From: Trypethelium eluteriae
Lineage: Eukaryota
Direction: 5' to 3'
Length of the DNA stretch: 61,477 nt
Assembly: GCA_051942245.1 (NCBI GenBank)
Contig: JAVECL010000076.1
Span: 1-61,477, forward strand
Both the position numbers and the translations under genes were made by a program. Positions 37,354 through 50,808 of the stretch are shown in pieces (positions within the stretch are counted from its first letter, which is position 1; each line of letters starts with the position of its first letter). The notes beneath the pieces were generated by a model that was not told the origin of the DNA, did not search any database, and saw only the letters and a list, made by a program, of their open reading frames with translations.

Positions 37354-38533
37354 TCATCCATCCTTCTCCAGATCCTTTGGACTCGGATCCCCGATTCCAT
37401 CCTCATTAATCGCAAACAAGCAATCACTCTCAGGCAGGCACGGACTATCGTAGATTCGACATATTCTCGTCTCCCCTCTCCCCTTTTTCAAACTCAACCT
37501 TGTCGTACTCGCATGCGCGATGATATTTCCTCCAATTGGCTTCTTTGGGTCGGGGTTGAACATGGCGCTGGGCCCACCGTCCACCTGCGCGACGACCTGA
37601 TTGGTGATGATGACCGCGATTCCGAACTCATCAGCAAGGCGCTGCAGCGTGCGCATGAACTTGGCGAGATGCGTCTGACGTGAGGAGAGCTCGCCGCGAC
37701 CCATGAAGTCAGTACGGTAGAGTGATGTGGCGCTGTCGACGACGAGGAGCGAGAAGCGGGTTTCGGTCATCATCTGTGCAGCTTGATTGAGGAGGGTGAG
37801 CTGATGGTCAGAGTTGTAGGCGCGGGCGTAGGCAACGTTGTCGAGGACTTCTTCGCCGGAGAGGCCGTAGCGGTTGGCTACTGCTAGGAGTCGTACTGGC
37901 CTGAAACGAGCATGTCAGCCAGGGATGCTAATGATGCTTCCTGCTGCAATATCTTGCACATCTGGATCCACGCGAAGTAGACGTAGCAGGCGAGGTAGCT
38001 AGGTGGATGGAGGGGGTAAATACGTACCGGAATGTGCCCTCTGTATCAATGTACAGACACTTTCCCTCTCCGCCTCCCATATCGAATGGTAGCTGACATG
38101 TCACTGCCAACGTATGGCAAATCTGACTCTTCCCCGTCCGAAATTCCCCAAACACCTCCGTGATACTCCCAGTCTCAATTCCTCCTGCTAATAGCGTATC
38201 GAGCTGCTTGCTCCCCGTCGTGATACTGATCAGCTCGCTTCTTCTCTGGTGCATCTCTGTCGCAGTTGTGAATCCCATCGGTACTAGCTTCGATGCCTCA
38301 GTTAGGATTTTGGTTGCCTTTTGCTCCGAGATGCCCTTGATCTGCTCTAACGCGCGTTTCGGGGTGTATGCGACTGACTCGACCGTATTGAAGCCACCGT
38401 CCATGATCAGCTTGATGTCGCGCGCGGTGAGGCCTGCTGTGCCTTCGAGCGCAGAGAGGGGTGTGGGCGCACCAGGTCCGCCCATGCTGCTGTCATCGTA
38501 ACCTGATTGGGATTGGGTGTCTTCTGCACTCAT
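37354..38533 (-). CDS. RAD51: DNA recombinase Rad51
   Basis: VPMGFTTA, Walker [48 protein letters not shown]; intron 38027-37901. Confidence 0.98.
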
Positions 38534-38676
38534 CTTGATTATTACTCGTGACGTGTACAGATTGATGAGGTGAAACGAGGCCCGGGTCTATTAAGAGTGG
38601 CGATGAAGTGCAGCGGAAGCTAAGTTGATCTGCCCGGGAAGTACAGTCTCGACTCTGTTAGTAGCGGGATGTGAAG

Positions 38677-38715
38677 ACGCGTCGGCGCGCTGGAACACAA
38701 CGCGAAATCACGTGA
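38677..38715. promoter_or_regulatory. MCB (ACGCGT), SCB-like (CGCGAAA) and E-box (TCACGTGA) motifs upstream of RAD51
   Basis: ACGCGT 38677-38682, CGCGAAA 38701-38707, TCACGTGA 38708-38715, about 145-180 nt upstream of the RAD51 ATG. RAD51 is an MBF/MCB target in yeasts. Confidence 0.55.
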
Positions 38716-39342
38716 CGATTCGAGTCTTACCTGAGGTCCTTGCACAAATCTGAAACAGATTGCAGATAACGAGCATGCATGTAAGGTACGGTCAGGGTCT
38801 CCTTGTTTCTGCCATAAAGGTACTGAAGGCATATTGACAGCTATCTATGACCATTATTCATGCGATACATCTTCATCTCTGGTACCATTTCATTCCACAC
38901 TGGCGTGGGAATGAATAGAGAAGCAAAAGTATATTAATGTAATCTTTAATAGAGAAATAGTAATGGGTACTGCTCTAGCTAAGCCAATCCAAGTCTTGCT
39001 GTATCTGAGAACCATTCCATTCTCCAAATTTATTCCTCTCAAATACTTATACAAAGACAGAAGAGCAACCTCGCAAAAGAGGTACAATTGACAGTCAGCG
39101 AAAGCGCTCTGCTCTTCCAATTCTTCGATTATCCACTCACTATCGACGTTGAATGACAGAATGCCAAGGGTGAGACACTCCAAAGGAAAGGCTTCAACTT
39201 CGGTTGTAGAGTATCGTCCCCGATCATCGCTCGTGCGGGAGAAAAGCATGGAGTGAAGACTCTAGCTCCATCGCATACGAAATCAGCTTGTATTTATAAC
39301 CTCCGCACTTACTTGTTAGCTTCTTACCAGCCTTGTCGTCTT

Positions 39343-41200
39343 TCAGATATGCTCCTCAAAACTGCTTTGCTTCCTCAGCTCCCGCTGTGGCTTTTTCTTC
39401 TGGAGTTTCCTCTCTGGACCTCGCCCCTCTCCCCCCCATGACACCCGTCTTGCCTCCTTTAACTCCGCCCTCTTCCCATCCTCAGAGTACCTCTGTCCAT
39501 CCTGACTCACTCGATGCACCACGAAACTCATTCTGCTCTCCCGGCTCCGTTCCGTCGACGTCGATCCCCTTCGCTTCTGCAGTTTCCTGCTCTCCCGTGC
39601 AGGTGCGCTTTCGGATTGCAACTGCGACTCCGATTGCTCGACGCGTGCGGGGAGGCTACCGCAGCGAAGGACAAAGAAGCCGGAGTTGACTTTGCGGATG
39701 ACTTGGTTGCGAGACTCGGGCTCGAATCCCTGTGCAGTGGTTTGCTGAGAGGCTTCCTGAGGGGGAGTGGGCTGATCAAGTGGTGAATCTGGCTGCTGCG
39801 ACTGTTCTCTAGGTAGTGCGACGGGGTCAGGGACCAGGCATTGGATAGCTGTAGCATCAGAGAGAGTCGCAGGTGCAGTTTCAGTCGCGGTGGACTGGAT
39901 CGCCAGTGCTTCGAGAGCCGACTTCGTTGATGGAAAAGACACTGCCCTGTGTGCCTCGACAATCTTGCTTGGGAACTGGAATCCGGATGCGAATTCATAC
40001 TTCACTCTTGTGGATGAGCGAGCAGATGTTTGTTGCGACTTCGATGAGAAGTAATCTACTGGCTCATCGTTGCTGGAGCTCGTATCGCTCTGTTTTCCAG
40101 AACTTGGGCTGGGGTCTTTTCTCCATGAACGGGGGGTGAGCTGACCAGTTTCTGCAGCGTGCGAAAGCCGATGCGCATGCATGGATTCGAGATCGACATA
40201 GCTATACTGCGAATTTGTGGACATCGCAGATCCGGCTCTTGTCTTGGGAAGCAACAATGCTTGCGAATCGGCTCGGTCACGGAGATTCTCGCTATCTTGA
40301 AGCGAGCTTGTGGTCTGTTGGGACTCATTCGAGCCACGACGTGTTGTAGTGTCCTCATTTAGACCTAGGAAAAGACTCGCTCTATGTTCAGGCTGTTCAT
40401 CGATGATGCCAAAGTTATCGACTTTTCTCCCTTCTTGCGCACGCTGGCGGAGAGCGTCGTCGGAGCTGCCAATCAGGTATATCTTGGGTGGCTTTTGCAG
40501 GTCATCAGAAGGTCTGTCACCGTTAATCTGAGAGGTGGGTTGTAAATGCAGCTGCTCCAAGGCAAGGGAAACTGACGACGGAGTCTGGAGATGTTCGGGA
40601 GTAGATGACCGTTCGAATGAGAATGTGGAGGCCCACGCTGCTTCGTTGCTTGATTGGAGGAACGGCAGGGTAGGGATAGAATTCGTCAACAAAGGCTGCG
40701 CGGAAAGTGAGGCTTGATGGACAGCATCACCACTAGAGAATTCCCTCGCGATGGCTGGCTCGTTCCAAAGTGATGAGAGTCGACTTGCCCTGGGAGTTGA
40801 CGCCGGGCTATTCGGTCGTGAGATATAGACACCTTCCACTTCGACTCCTTGTTCAATCGCACGGATGCCGAAAGGGATCCCAGCCTCGTTGTCGCGGCGG
40901 CTTTGCGGATTGATTGGGGGATCCGGTGCGGGATTGCGCTTCTCAGTGGCCAACCTGCTGTATTTCCGGATTCTCCAGTGGAAATACGCGAGCTTGAGGC
41001 TACCAAGGAAGAGTGATGTGACCTAGAATTGTGAGCCACATTTCCGGAAAATCATGAGTTCGTACTTACAATGCCGCAGGCTAATATCTAAAGTCGAATA
41101 AGTATTAGTAGTTGTTGTGCAGATGTTATAAGCCGTGGAACGGTTGACCTACAAAGCACATCTTCTCCCACAATACCCAAGAGACCCAGAATTGCCCCAT
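39343..41200 (-). CDS. Conserved hypothetical protein with N-terminal membrane anchor and long disordered tail, 3 exons
   Basis: Micro-exons give MGQFWVSWVLWEKMCF|ILACGI|VTSLFLGSLKLAYFHWRIRKY, then IPFGIRAIEQGVEVEGVYISRPNSP and C-terminal RKVNSGF and RKLQKK motifs. Confidence 0.8.
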
Positions 41201-42735
41201 GATTGTAGATTGAAGGTAGGGCACTTCAGTCGTTTCTTATCCCGAGCTCCTGTTAAGTACACGTCCAGGCGGAAGCTCGCAGGCCAGTCAAACTAAGTGC
41301 ACGTAGAAGATTTCGCGGGTTTCGAAATGGAGAGACGATGCATGAGTGATGCAGAATAGGCTAAGAGCGTGATGGCTACATATTTAAAGATGGGTGAAAG
41401 AGGCGTGCTGGTAGAGGTCTTGTTGTGAAAGCGACCAAGAGGCAGTGTCTGGACTCATCGCCCACGTGGGTTGCCGCTGAGCCGCCTACAGGCTTTTGTA
41501 TGTCACTGCAGCCGGCCGATTTCTCCGATGTGAGATCAGTCTTGTGGGAAATGAACATCCCAAAACAAAAGTAGAAGGCAGAACACTGCGCTGATCCTCC
41601 TCACCTATGCCTATAATTGCATTACCCCGTAGCTCGCAGGAGGAGAGGGGTAGCAATAAACAAGGGAAAGGTGATGCATTAGTAGTGAAGAAAGCCACAA
41701 ACAATGTTTGATATCTCGATGTTACAGGAATAGGAACTTCCGTGACACCAACCGAGACTCTGCATATTTGCAACTCTATGCTCACCCGTACTATCACACA
41801 TTGCCTCAACCCGAGGATGCTTCCAAGTCAAACAAAGAGGATGAGCATTCAAGCGGTCAATCAAGACCAAAGACGAGGAGGATATGGGATTGCCTCAGCG
41901 GCAGCAAACCCGGTTTTATTAGGAGAGTTTCTTCACACAAATGGGGTACTTCATGGCTCCTATCATGGTACTGACGGAACTTCTATTCACCTCGTTCAAA
42001 TAGGCGGCACGAATTCGGTCACGACGCACATCATCAATTACACAGAGGCCACGGGCTCTTCCCAGCAACAGCCATGGGCGTGGTCGTGGGAGTGCTTAGC
42101 CAAACGAATCGACTCCAGAGATACGTGCAGGGCCATAAGACCATGAAAGGTGTAGTTGCATCTCCATACGGACGCTGGAAATGCCGTCTTCATTGGCAAC
42201 GATGCAGATGGAAGAAATGTGTAGTTGCACGGAAAGGCAGGAGTGACGTTAAACTACTGCGCAGTGCTTTGCACAAGGGTAATCTGACCATGCCTGAAGC
42301 AGACAGGCTTTCTTACCTTATTGCGAGAACGCCGAGGCCGGTGGAGAAAGAGGCGACGGAAGTCACTCGGTCACTCGGCGCCGATGGGCTGCAGGTACAA
42401 TGACGGCACGACGAATACTGTGTCAGGATCAGAAGCGACCGTGGTTGGTTTTGAGGCCTAAGGTGCTAAGGTACCTAATTCTGGGTAATTTGGGCGTGAT
42501 CAGCGGGCTGCGGTTCACTGCGCCCAGCTTTCCCTCCTCGGCACCACAGCTGCCGGTGGACGAATCACCAGTGCCTCCATTTCAGCATGATTCTTCAATG
42601 ACGCCCCAACATTAACCGTCGCATATAATCATCACACTTTAAAACCCACTCTTCGCCTTTCCACGCTGCGAGCCGCTATATCCATTCATCTTCTTCCATC
42701 TTATCTCGACTCGTTAGGAGCATATCGTCCCAATA

Positions 42736-43807
42736 ATGCCAATCATCCGGAATCCCTTCAGCCGCAAGAACGCCAATGGTGATGCGCCTGCCGCCCAACA
42801 GCGCCCTGAAGTTGATTACTTCGACAAGAAGGAACCTCCATCGGCGTTGGATATCAAGCAGCCTACGGAGTACAAGCTGAGCGGTGAGTTACACTTCTGA
42901 CGTTTCTTTATTGCGGAAGACCCATTGGTACCGCCCCGAGGGATGGAGTGTACAGTATACTAATTGACATGCAGAAATCAGCAACGATGGTGTTTATCTT
43001 CCGGTAATGCTTCCGCCTACGAAATGCGCATGATAGAGTGCAGGCTTCGGAAAATTAACATTATCTAACAACCATCACCCAGCCTTCTCCCACCGAAAAT
43101 TCTCGGTCCTTCTTGCACTCGCGGTCCAATACCTCCCGCTCAACTGCCTCCTCAAACTACCGCAGTATGATCAGTGAGGCCCACGATCAATTTAGCATCT
43201 CACGCGAATCTTTTGATTCCTACCGGCGCTCATTTGTAAGTGATGACAGACATTCCGGCCCTTCCGTAGCTCCCGTTCGCATCCCCCTCCGTCGCAACCT
43301 AGTTCAAAACCTTTCCAATTTTTCCACCAAGAGTGTCTAGATTCTCTGCGATCAAACGATCCACGCTGACAAGTATTCTTCCCATAGGACATCTCTGCTC
43401 GCTCCCCCATCTTCAACCCCGATGGCTCCCTTCCTCCCCGCCAATCCCTTGATTCTCGACGCGCGCGGCTGGCAGCGCAACGTAATAATTCCGTTGGCAC
43501 TCCACCATTGCCTCGCCCAGCTACGCCTCTCGAAGATGAAACCTTCGAGGATGTAGGGTTGAATGATGAACCCACGAAGCCACATGGCAATGCGACCAAG
43601 AAGCGGGGCATCTTCTCGCGGTTCGGGGGCGAAGCGAGCGGAGGCGACCACCCACATACCCAAAGCCAGACGGAGAGGCCCAGCAGTAGCGGGCATTGGC
43701 ATTTTGGGGGAGGGAGAAAGAGAGGTCAGAGTGGCCAGGGAGCTGAGCTTGGGAGTATGCGGCAAAATGGACAGCAGGGGCCAGAGGTGAGGGTTGAGTC
43801 GACGTGA
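42736..43807 (+). CDS. Conserved hypothetical Pezizomycotina protein, 4 exons
   Basis: Spliced: MPIIRNPFSRK...PTEYKLS|EISNDGVYLP|PSPTE...FSISRESFDSYRRSF|DISARSP...FEDVGLNDE...KKRGIFSRFG...RKRGQSGQGAELG. Confidence 0.8.
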
Positions 43808-44949
43808 TGGATGTAATCTTTGCAGAGTCCGCTTTTACGTTGCTTCCCGGTAGGAGTGTTGGTGCGCGGTAGACACTGGTACTGGGGATTTCAACCTTAT
43901 GAGAGGCTACCAACACAGCATTTTGGAGTTTAGGGGGCGCATTGGTACAGGCTGGTTGTTTGGCCCGCCGCAGCGTCGTGGAGGATGCTCGGACGCTTCT
44001 CAGCGTGGCATCATGACACTATGGGAGGTCTTGTTGTGTGAATAAGACGACGATGTTCTTCTTTCTAGCATATATTAGCTGAACAGAATCATACTAGTAA
44101 TGACAGTAATGAAATCATTCCACACCCAGGATTGCGTCTTGTTTTGTGGTCTGACATGATTGATGATTACAGAGCATCCAATCAGAATTTCCCTAGGATC
44201 TCTGCCTTTGGCAATTGCGCAACTAATAATTTCAAGATTGGTTCGTAGTCTCAATTCAAAACCTAGCCTAGGAGATGGTTTTCCACAGAGTCAACAGCGC
44301 AGGCAATTTTGACTGAAGCCCGTCAATCGTCAACACACCGAAGACCTTGCCTTTTAACTGCTGCTTTAATTTTACACGGCAATCAGCCCTTCCAACGTCA
44401 TACTGTCGGAGACAATTTCCACAAAAGGTACCCAAATGGGCAATGCATATCTTGAAGAGAACTCAAGTTGGAACCAGCAGCTTTTTGAGGTTTCGATTGA
44501 CAACCAATGCCATTCGGGGGCGGGCAAGGTGCTGGTGGGGGCCTCACATAGTATTCAGAGCGACATCCTCTCGACAACCTTTATTGCAATAGACATTTTC
44601 AAAGTCACTAATAGAGAGTAATAGCCAAGGAGTGTGCATTGGCCGAGAAGTAGAAGAAAGACTAAAACACAAACTGTGCTCACAAAAACTTTACCAAACG
44701 AGAGTATCTACCATCGAGGCGCATCCGATGACCAGCGCAAAATATCATGCGGGGGCTTCAAAGAAGGTTAGTACAATAATAATGAGATACCTCCGTATAG
44801 CTGACACGATTGGTGGTGTGGTGTAGGTCTGCGGGCGGCAGGGCGGGTGAAGCGGATAGGCGGTAAAAATCGGCAGAACAGGTCACCTCATTGGAATTAA
44901 CGAAATTTCAACCGCGGGGACCATTTACGCCATTTCAACGAACAAAACC

Positions 44950-47190
44950 ATGGCCGGCATGAATGGTCTCAAACGCAAGTCGATTGCAAGTTCAAAAAGC
45001 CAAAGCGGCAGCAAAGACTTCAAGAAGCTCAAAGTAACTGCAGCGAAAGGAGTGAGCTCGCCGCTCAAAGTCAACTCCTCCAGCAAAACACAAGCCAAGA
45101 AAGAGGAGGCAAAAGACGAAATTGACTCAGATGGGTTAGTAGAGTCTGACACAACGGAGGATGAGAATGGATTTGGAGGCTTCTCAGCCTCAGAAGCCAG
45201 AGAAGAAACGACCATTACGGATCTCGACAGCGCCGAGGAAAATGGAGAGGCTGCTTTGCCGGACAGGAAATCAAGTAACTCTGACGGTAATCAGAGCAAA
45301 GTAAGGGGACTACAGGAAGGTCAAACATCTAAAGAAGCCCATGCCAAACAGAAGGCTCTTGCCAAAGAACGCAAACTTGCAAAACCTAATGCGGATTCTA
45401 TCCAGCGGTCCAAGAAGCTCTGGGAACGACTACGGCGAAAATCACATGTGCCAAAGCAGGAACGAGAGCAGCTGGTTTCAGAACTTTACGAAATCATAAC
45501 AGGGAGGATTAAAGATTTTGTTTTCAAGCATGACTCTGTTCGGGTCGTTCAATGTGCTCTTAAATATGCCAATATGCGACAACGCAAAATGATCGCCACT
45601 GAACTTAAAGGTGAATACAAAACTCTGGCCGAGAATCGATACGCCAAATTCCTCATCGGGAAGCTCCTTGTCGAAGGTGACGCTGAAATCCGAGATATCA
45701 TCATCCCGGAGTTCTATGGACACGTCCGCCGCATGATCAATCATCCCGAAGCCTCCTGGATCGTCGACGATATCTATCGCCAGGTTGCGACTAGTAAACA
45801 GAAAGCACTTCTCCTGCGTGAATGGTACGGTGCCGAGTTTTCTCTCTTTAAGAATCCCATTGCTACTGCTACGGAAAACCCCACCCCTGAGCTCTCTGCG
45901 ATTCTTGCATCCGCACCCGAGAAGCGCAAACCTATAATGAGTTATCTGTTCCATATGATCAATCAGCTCATCCAAAAACGTATGACTGGTTTTACCATGC
46001 TTCACGATGCCATGCTCCAATACTTCCTCAACATCTCTGCCGCCTCCGAAGAATACGTAGCCTTTACCGACCTCCTCCGACCCGACTCAAGCGATGAATC
46101 CGACGGAACTCCTGACCTCCTGGAAAACCTCGCTTTCACATCCTCTGGCTCCCGTCTGCTCTGTCTCCTCCTTGCGCAGAGCTCCGCCAAAGACCGCCGC
46201 GCCTTCCTCAAAGTTTTCAAAGACAACATCCAACTCATGGCCTACGACTCGCACGCCCACACTATCCTCCTCACCGCCTACACGGTAGTCGACGACACTC
46301 GCGAAATCGCCAAGACCATCCTGCCCGAGCTCGTCGGTGCCAAACTTGGCGACACGTCTCCCCCGGACTCCGCGCTTGACAACATTTTTCAAGTCGCCAC
46401 CCACCTTGTTGCCCGGCGCACCCTGCTCTGGCCCCTCGGCTCCACTTCGAACAGCAAAGTTCTCCTCTCTCCTCCACTTCAGACGCTCTTGAACGATGTT
46501 CGACGAATGTCGATCGACACGGGCACTTCGAAAAAGCAGCCCGACATTCGCACCGCCGAGCTTTCGCACGCCCTACTGCCTCACCTCCTCGCCACTGTCG
46601 CCAACCGCGCCGCAGACTTGCTTGCTTCGGGATTTGGCGCTCAGTTCATCTCGGATGTCTTGCTGTCCTCCCATATCGACGCAGTGGCGAAGCGTCCTGC
46701 TGCTGAGGCAGTGGCAGGACTTGCCGCCGGGGACTTAACAGAATCGGACCATCCGTTTTGCGATGAGCGACCTTGGGCAGGGAGGATGCTGAAGATGTTG
46801 GTGTTGGGCGGAAGCTATGATGCTGAGGCTGGGAGAGTGGCGCGATCGGAGAATTGGGCCGAGGTTCGATTTCCTGGATTGGTATGGAAAAGTGTGAAGG
46901 GAAAGATAGTGAAATGGGCATGTGGAGGAAGTTCGTTCGTGGTTGTCAACCTGTTGGATGTAGAGGAAGAAGATGGCGGGTTGATCGAGGAGGAGAAGAC
47001 GGAGTTGTTAGCAGAGTTGAGAAAGGGAAAAGGAGCCTTGGAAGAAATAGCTGGGGATGCCGAGAAGGCTGAGGTGGGCAAAAAGAAGGGGAAGAAACAG
47101 AAGAAAGGCGAGAACGGAGAACAGCTGGAAGGTAAAGGGAAGGCGAGGGGGAATGTAGGAGCAAAGATGCTCTTAGAGAAGCTGAGATAG
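44950..47190 (+). CDS. PUF6: Pumilio-homology / CPL domain protein Puf6 (ribosome biogenesis)
   Basis: 746-aa ORF; KKLWERLRRKSHVPK, FVFKHDSVRVVQCALKY, FYGHVRRMINHPEASWIVDD, MLHDAMLQY, AKDRR, TVVDDT, TSKK. Confidence 0.92.
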   Translation: MAGMNGLKRKSIASSKSQSGSKDFKKLKVTAAKGVSSPLKVNSSSKTQAKKEEAKDEIDSDGLVESDTTEDENGFGGFSASEAREETTITDLDSAEENGEAALPDRKSSNSDGNQSKVRGLQEGQTSKEAHAKQKALAKERKLAKPNADSIQRSKKLWERLRRKSHVPKQEREQLVSELYEIITGRIKDFVFKHDSVRVVQCALKYANMRQRKMIATELKGEYKTLAENRYAKFLIGKLLVEGDAEIRDIIIPEFYGHVRRMINHPEASWIVDDIYRQVATSKQKALLLREWYGAEFSLFKNPIATATENPTPELSAILASAPEKRKPIMSYLFHMINQLIQKRMTGFTMLHDAMLQYFLNISAASEEYVAFTDLLRPDSSDESDGTPDLLENLAFTSSGSRLLCLLLAQSSAKDRRAFLKVFKDNIQLMAYDSHAHTILLTAYTVVDDTREIAKTILPELVGAKLGDTSPPDSALDNIFQVATHLVARRTLLWPLGSTSNSKVLLSPPLQTLLNDVRRMSIDTGTSKKQPDIRTAELSHALLPHLLATVANRAADLLASGFGAQFISDVLLSSHIDAVAKRPAAEAVAGLAAGDLTESDHPFCDERPWAGRMLKMLVLGGSYDAEAGRVARSENWAEVRFPGLVWKSVKGKIVKWACGGSSFVVVNLLDVEEEDGGLIEEEKTELLAELRKGKGALEEIAGDAEKAEVGKKKGKKQKKGENGEQLEGKGKARGNVGAKMLLEKLR

Positions 47191-47842
47191 TGCCTATATT
47201 CCTGTGATCAGGTCTTGTCGCCATCACTTTGCAAGATACCCAATTTTAGCAATACAATTGCGTTGCTGGCTCAGTTCGATGTGCTGTACTCCGTACTGCA
47301 CCTTGTGTCTAGAAAGCTTACTGCGAGCATCGCATCGTCCAAAAGAGGCATTACTATTTTCGACATAGAAAGCAATTCGTCAAAACCATCATACCATTCG
47401 TTATCTTTGGTCCTTTCCTAGCCTCTTCTCGTTTCGCTATCTATTGTCACCTCGCTCAGTCTTACTGTGTCATATTACTTTCAATAGTGTTTTGACAATG
47501 AGACGTTCACTAGGTGTTCTAGCGATAGAGAACTCATTCACGAATTATTCTAACTTCAGTGTCCAGGAAATCATCTTTGTTAACCACTGTGCATCACTTG
47601 TTTGGGTCAATGTTATCTTTCTGCTGGCTCAGTGAGACTTAACTTTTGTGGACTGCGATTTTATTGACTCAGATATGCTTCTGAGATGACTAATTTCGCT
47701 TTCTTGTACACAATTGGGCCAAACTCGGCAGCTAATAAGAAGACGTCCAGATATCCAAGGAAAAAAACACATGAGACGAGACACCTTTCAATAAATACCT
47801 AGTGGTGAAGGGAACGGATATCCTCACCCACCCACTACTCCA

Positions 47843-48947
47843 TCACCTCATTTCCATGACCCTTTCTACCGCAATATTAATTGCTCTGGACAACTCTCTC
47901 CCATCTTCCCAAATCTCATCATGCTTTCCTCTCAGCTCCAATACCCTGACTCCCGGCTCCTTACTTACCTTTCCGTCAGCTTCTATTTGACTCCCCTTCT
48001 CCTTCCACCCTTGTGCCTTCAGGACGTCGAGTAGTAGATCACATTGCTCCCACTCCACTAGTTCATCCTCCTTGCTGTGCGCCAAGATCACTAGGCTCGC
48101 ATCCCTCCATTTCTCTCCCCTATACGTACCCTTGGTAGGCGATGCCTCTTCCCAAACTTGCCTCTCCTTGCTAAACGCTCCTACGACAAAATCCTCGAAC
48201 ATATTTTGCTCTGCATGGTTAGCAACGAGCTTAGGCAGATCCGTGATCGCTTCCACTGGCATTACAACTCTCGGCATAGGGGTATCTTTTCCCTCTTCTC
48301 CTTTTTCCCCACTTAAAGCCTTCACTTGCTCTCTGGTCTTCCATTTTCGGCCTTCGCTCGTCATGATTTGCATCGCCATCGTACCCCCACAAGAATGTCC
48401 CACAAGAACATAACCTCCATCCCTTACGCCCCACTCCGTCTTTAACCATCTCAGCGCGTCAATAGCATCGTTGACATGCGTTGGATGCTGCGCAGAGCGT
48501 GCGGCGAGATCAGCGGAATCACCTGGCTTAACAGGAAATGTGGGGTGTGGAGAGAGACGGTAATTTAGGGATGCGATGCCAGCGATGTGCGATGCTGCGG
48601 CGGAAGCGTAAAGATGTGGCAAGGAGGCGGAGATGCCAGATTTGGTTTTACGGGGGTCACGCCAGGCGCCGCCGTGGATATAGCTACAGCGAAGATGTAC
48701 TCAGGAATGTGAAATCGAAGGATGTAGAAATTAGATATATCATTGGGAAAAGAAGGGAAAAGGTTGGAAAGTATGGGAGGCGAGAAGCGGCTTACACTAT
48801 CCAGATTTTGGAGATATCATTTCTGTCGTATGGACGAAGGAGAATGATGTCGAGGTTATTTAGATTAGAATGCGGGGAGTAGGACTGATTGATGATGTAC
48901 TTTGGATAATCGCGGTAGTCTGCAGTGGAGGTTGAACTTGAAGTCAT
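47843..48947 (-). CDS. BNA7: Kynurenine formamidase (Bna7-like alpha/beta hydrolase), 2 exons
   Basis: ATG 48947, intron 48795-48684; IWIV|YIHGGAWRDP, SLNYRLSP, LVGHSCGG, HSKEDELV, GKHDEIW. Confidence 0.85.
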
Positions 48948-49178
48948 GGTGTGGATAAGGTAAGACTTGAACTGAGATCCGGAATACTCTAGAGGCTTGT
49001 TGTGGACTGACTCGGGAGCATAAATATGTAGGATTGAATACTGTTTTGAAACTCCGAAAAAACTTTGATGCTACAGTACGCCAGTAGTAAAATAAGGGAT
49101 GATACCAGCTATATACAGACCATCCGATTGAGTGGGACACCATGCTCAGTTCATGCAATACTTTCGCACCTATCGACC

Positions 49179-50606
49179 TCATGAATTCCTTGCCTTGCTC
49201 TCATCGAAACCATCCAGAACACTTTGCGCAACCTGGTCACCACTCTCCGCAACAGCCTCAGCCTTCTCTTCTAGCTCCTGCACCTTCCTACTCGTCTCCT
49301 TCTTTTCCCTCTTGCCTTCCTTCTTCCCCAACTCCAACTGTTTCCCCGTGCTCGCCAAGGCCTTAGCCTGACCCTCGCTCACCTTCCCATACACCGCCAT
49401 CGCACTCGTAATCATCCCCGCCATATCGCCCACATTTCCCGGCACCACCACCGCCGTCCCCTCCTTCGCCAACCGCCCAAACGCATCCACATACTTCTCC
49501 GCAACACTCAAGCCCATCGCGCCCCTCGCATTCTCACCCCCCTGCGCAATCGTCCTGCCCACCGCCTCCACGCCCGCCGCCGTCGCCCTCGCCTTCAGCA
49601 GAATCGCCTCCGCCTCTCCACTCGCCATATTGACCTGCTCCGCCCGCAACGCCTCACTCGCCAAGATGACGCTCTGCTTCCTGCCCTCGGCGATGTTGAT
49701 GGCGCTCTGGCGCTGGCCCTCCGAATCCAGGATCTCGGCGCGCTTGCTGCGCTCCGCCGTGACCTGGCGGTGCATGGCTTCGACGACCGGGCCCGGCGCG
49801 TGGATGTCGCGGATCTCGTAGCGGAGGCAGACGACGCCCCAGTCTTCGGCGGCGGAGTTGAGCGCGGCGGTGATGTTGGCGTTGAGGTTCGCGCGTTCTT
49901 TGAGGACGTGGTCGAGGGTGAGCTGCCCGATTTCGGAGCGCATCGTGGTTTGCGCGAGTTGGGAGATGGCGTATTCGGCGTCTTCGACACCGTAGCTGGA
50001 TAAGGGGTTTGGTTAGCGGTGGGATAGGAATGGAGGGATCAAGCTGCTTTTGCGCCCCGTAGAGATAGCTTGCGCCTAGTTGTTTGAGAGTTGGAAGGAA
50101 AGGAATGCAACATACCTCGCCTTGTAGGCATCGAAGACCCTCGTGTATAGTACCCCGTCCAGCTCCAGCGTTACATTGTCTGCCGTGATCGCACTCTGAC
50201 TGGGAATCTCAATCGCATTTTCCTTCAAGCTCTTAACGTACGCAATACGATCCAGAAAAGGTATCATGACTGCCAGTCCTGGCTGCAGTATCCGGTTGTA
50301 TCTGCCCATCCGCTCCACTATCCATGCTGTCTGCTGCGGCACGAAGCGTATAATGGTGTTGGCGGGTAATGTGGGTCGCTGAAAGTAGGAGCTGGGAGTT
50401 GCGGATGACGATGACGAGCCTAGTGAGAAGAGAGACGGGTTTGCAGGGAGCGAGGCTGGTGGAGAAGTTGAGAAGGGACGAAATATTTGAGAAATGCTTC
50501 CATTGCTGGTAAGGGTGCGGTATGGAAGCTGCTTGGCTGCTTGAGGCCTCGTACATCTTAGAGCCACACAAGCAATGGGCTCAAGAGTAGGGGCGCTTAG
50601 CGCCAT
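49179..50606 (-). CDS. Stomatin-like (SPFH/band 7) protein, mitochondrial SLP-2 type, 2 exons
   Basis: Presequence-like N-terminus; FVPQQTAWIVERMG, SAITADNVTLELDGVLY, AQTTMRSEIG, CLRYEIRDI, AERSKRAEILDSEG; intron 50115-49996. Confidence 0.93.
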
Positions 50607-50808
50607 ATCATATGATAGTACCAAGAGTGGAAGATGGTCGTGTGTCCAGGTGGAAGAGATGAAGCTTTGGTTGATGCGTCGATTCCCGCTTCCGCTTCAA
50701 ACTCCGAGAGAGAACTTTGAGAGGGAAAGCACCATCTCCCACAAATATGAATTTCTCTTTCGCCAGCATTTTCTGCATTATTCTAGCTGGATAACGCAAT
50801 ACACTGTT

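Noticed and set aside
48620..48690. Apparent frameshift in kynurenine formamidase after WRDP
   Set aside because: Recounting the G run shows a continuous frame (WRDPRKTKSGISASLPHLY); the ORF track merely starts at an internal TTG.
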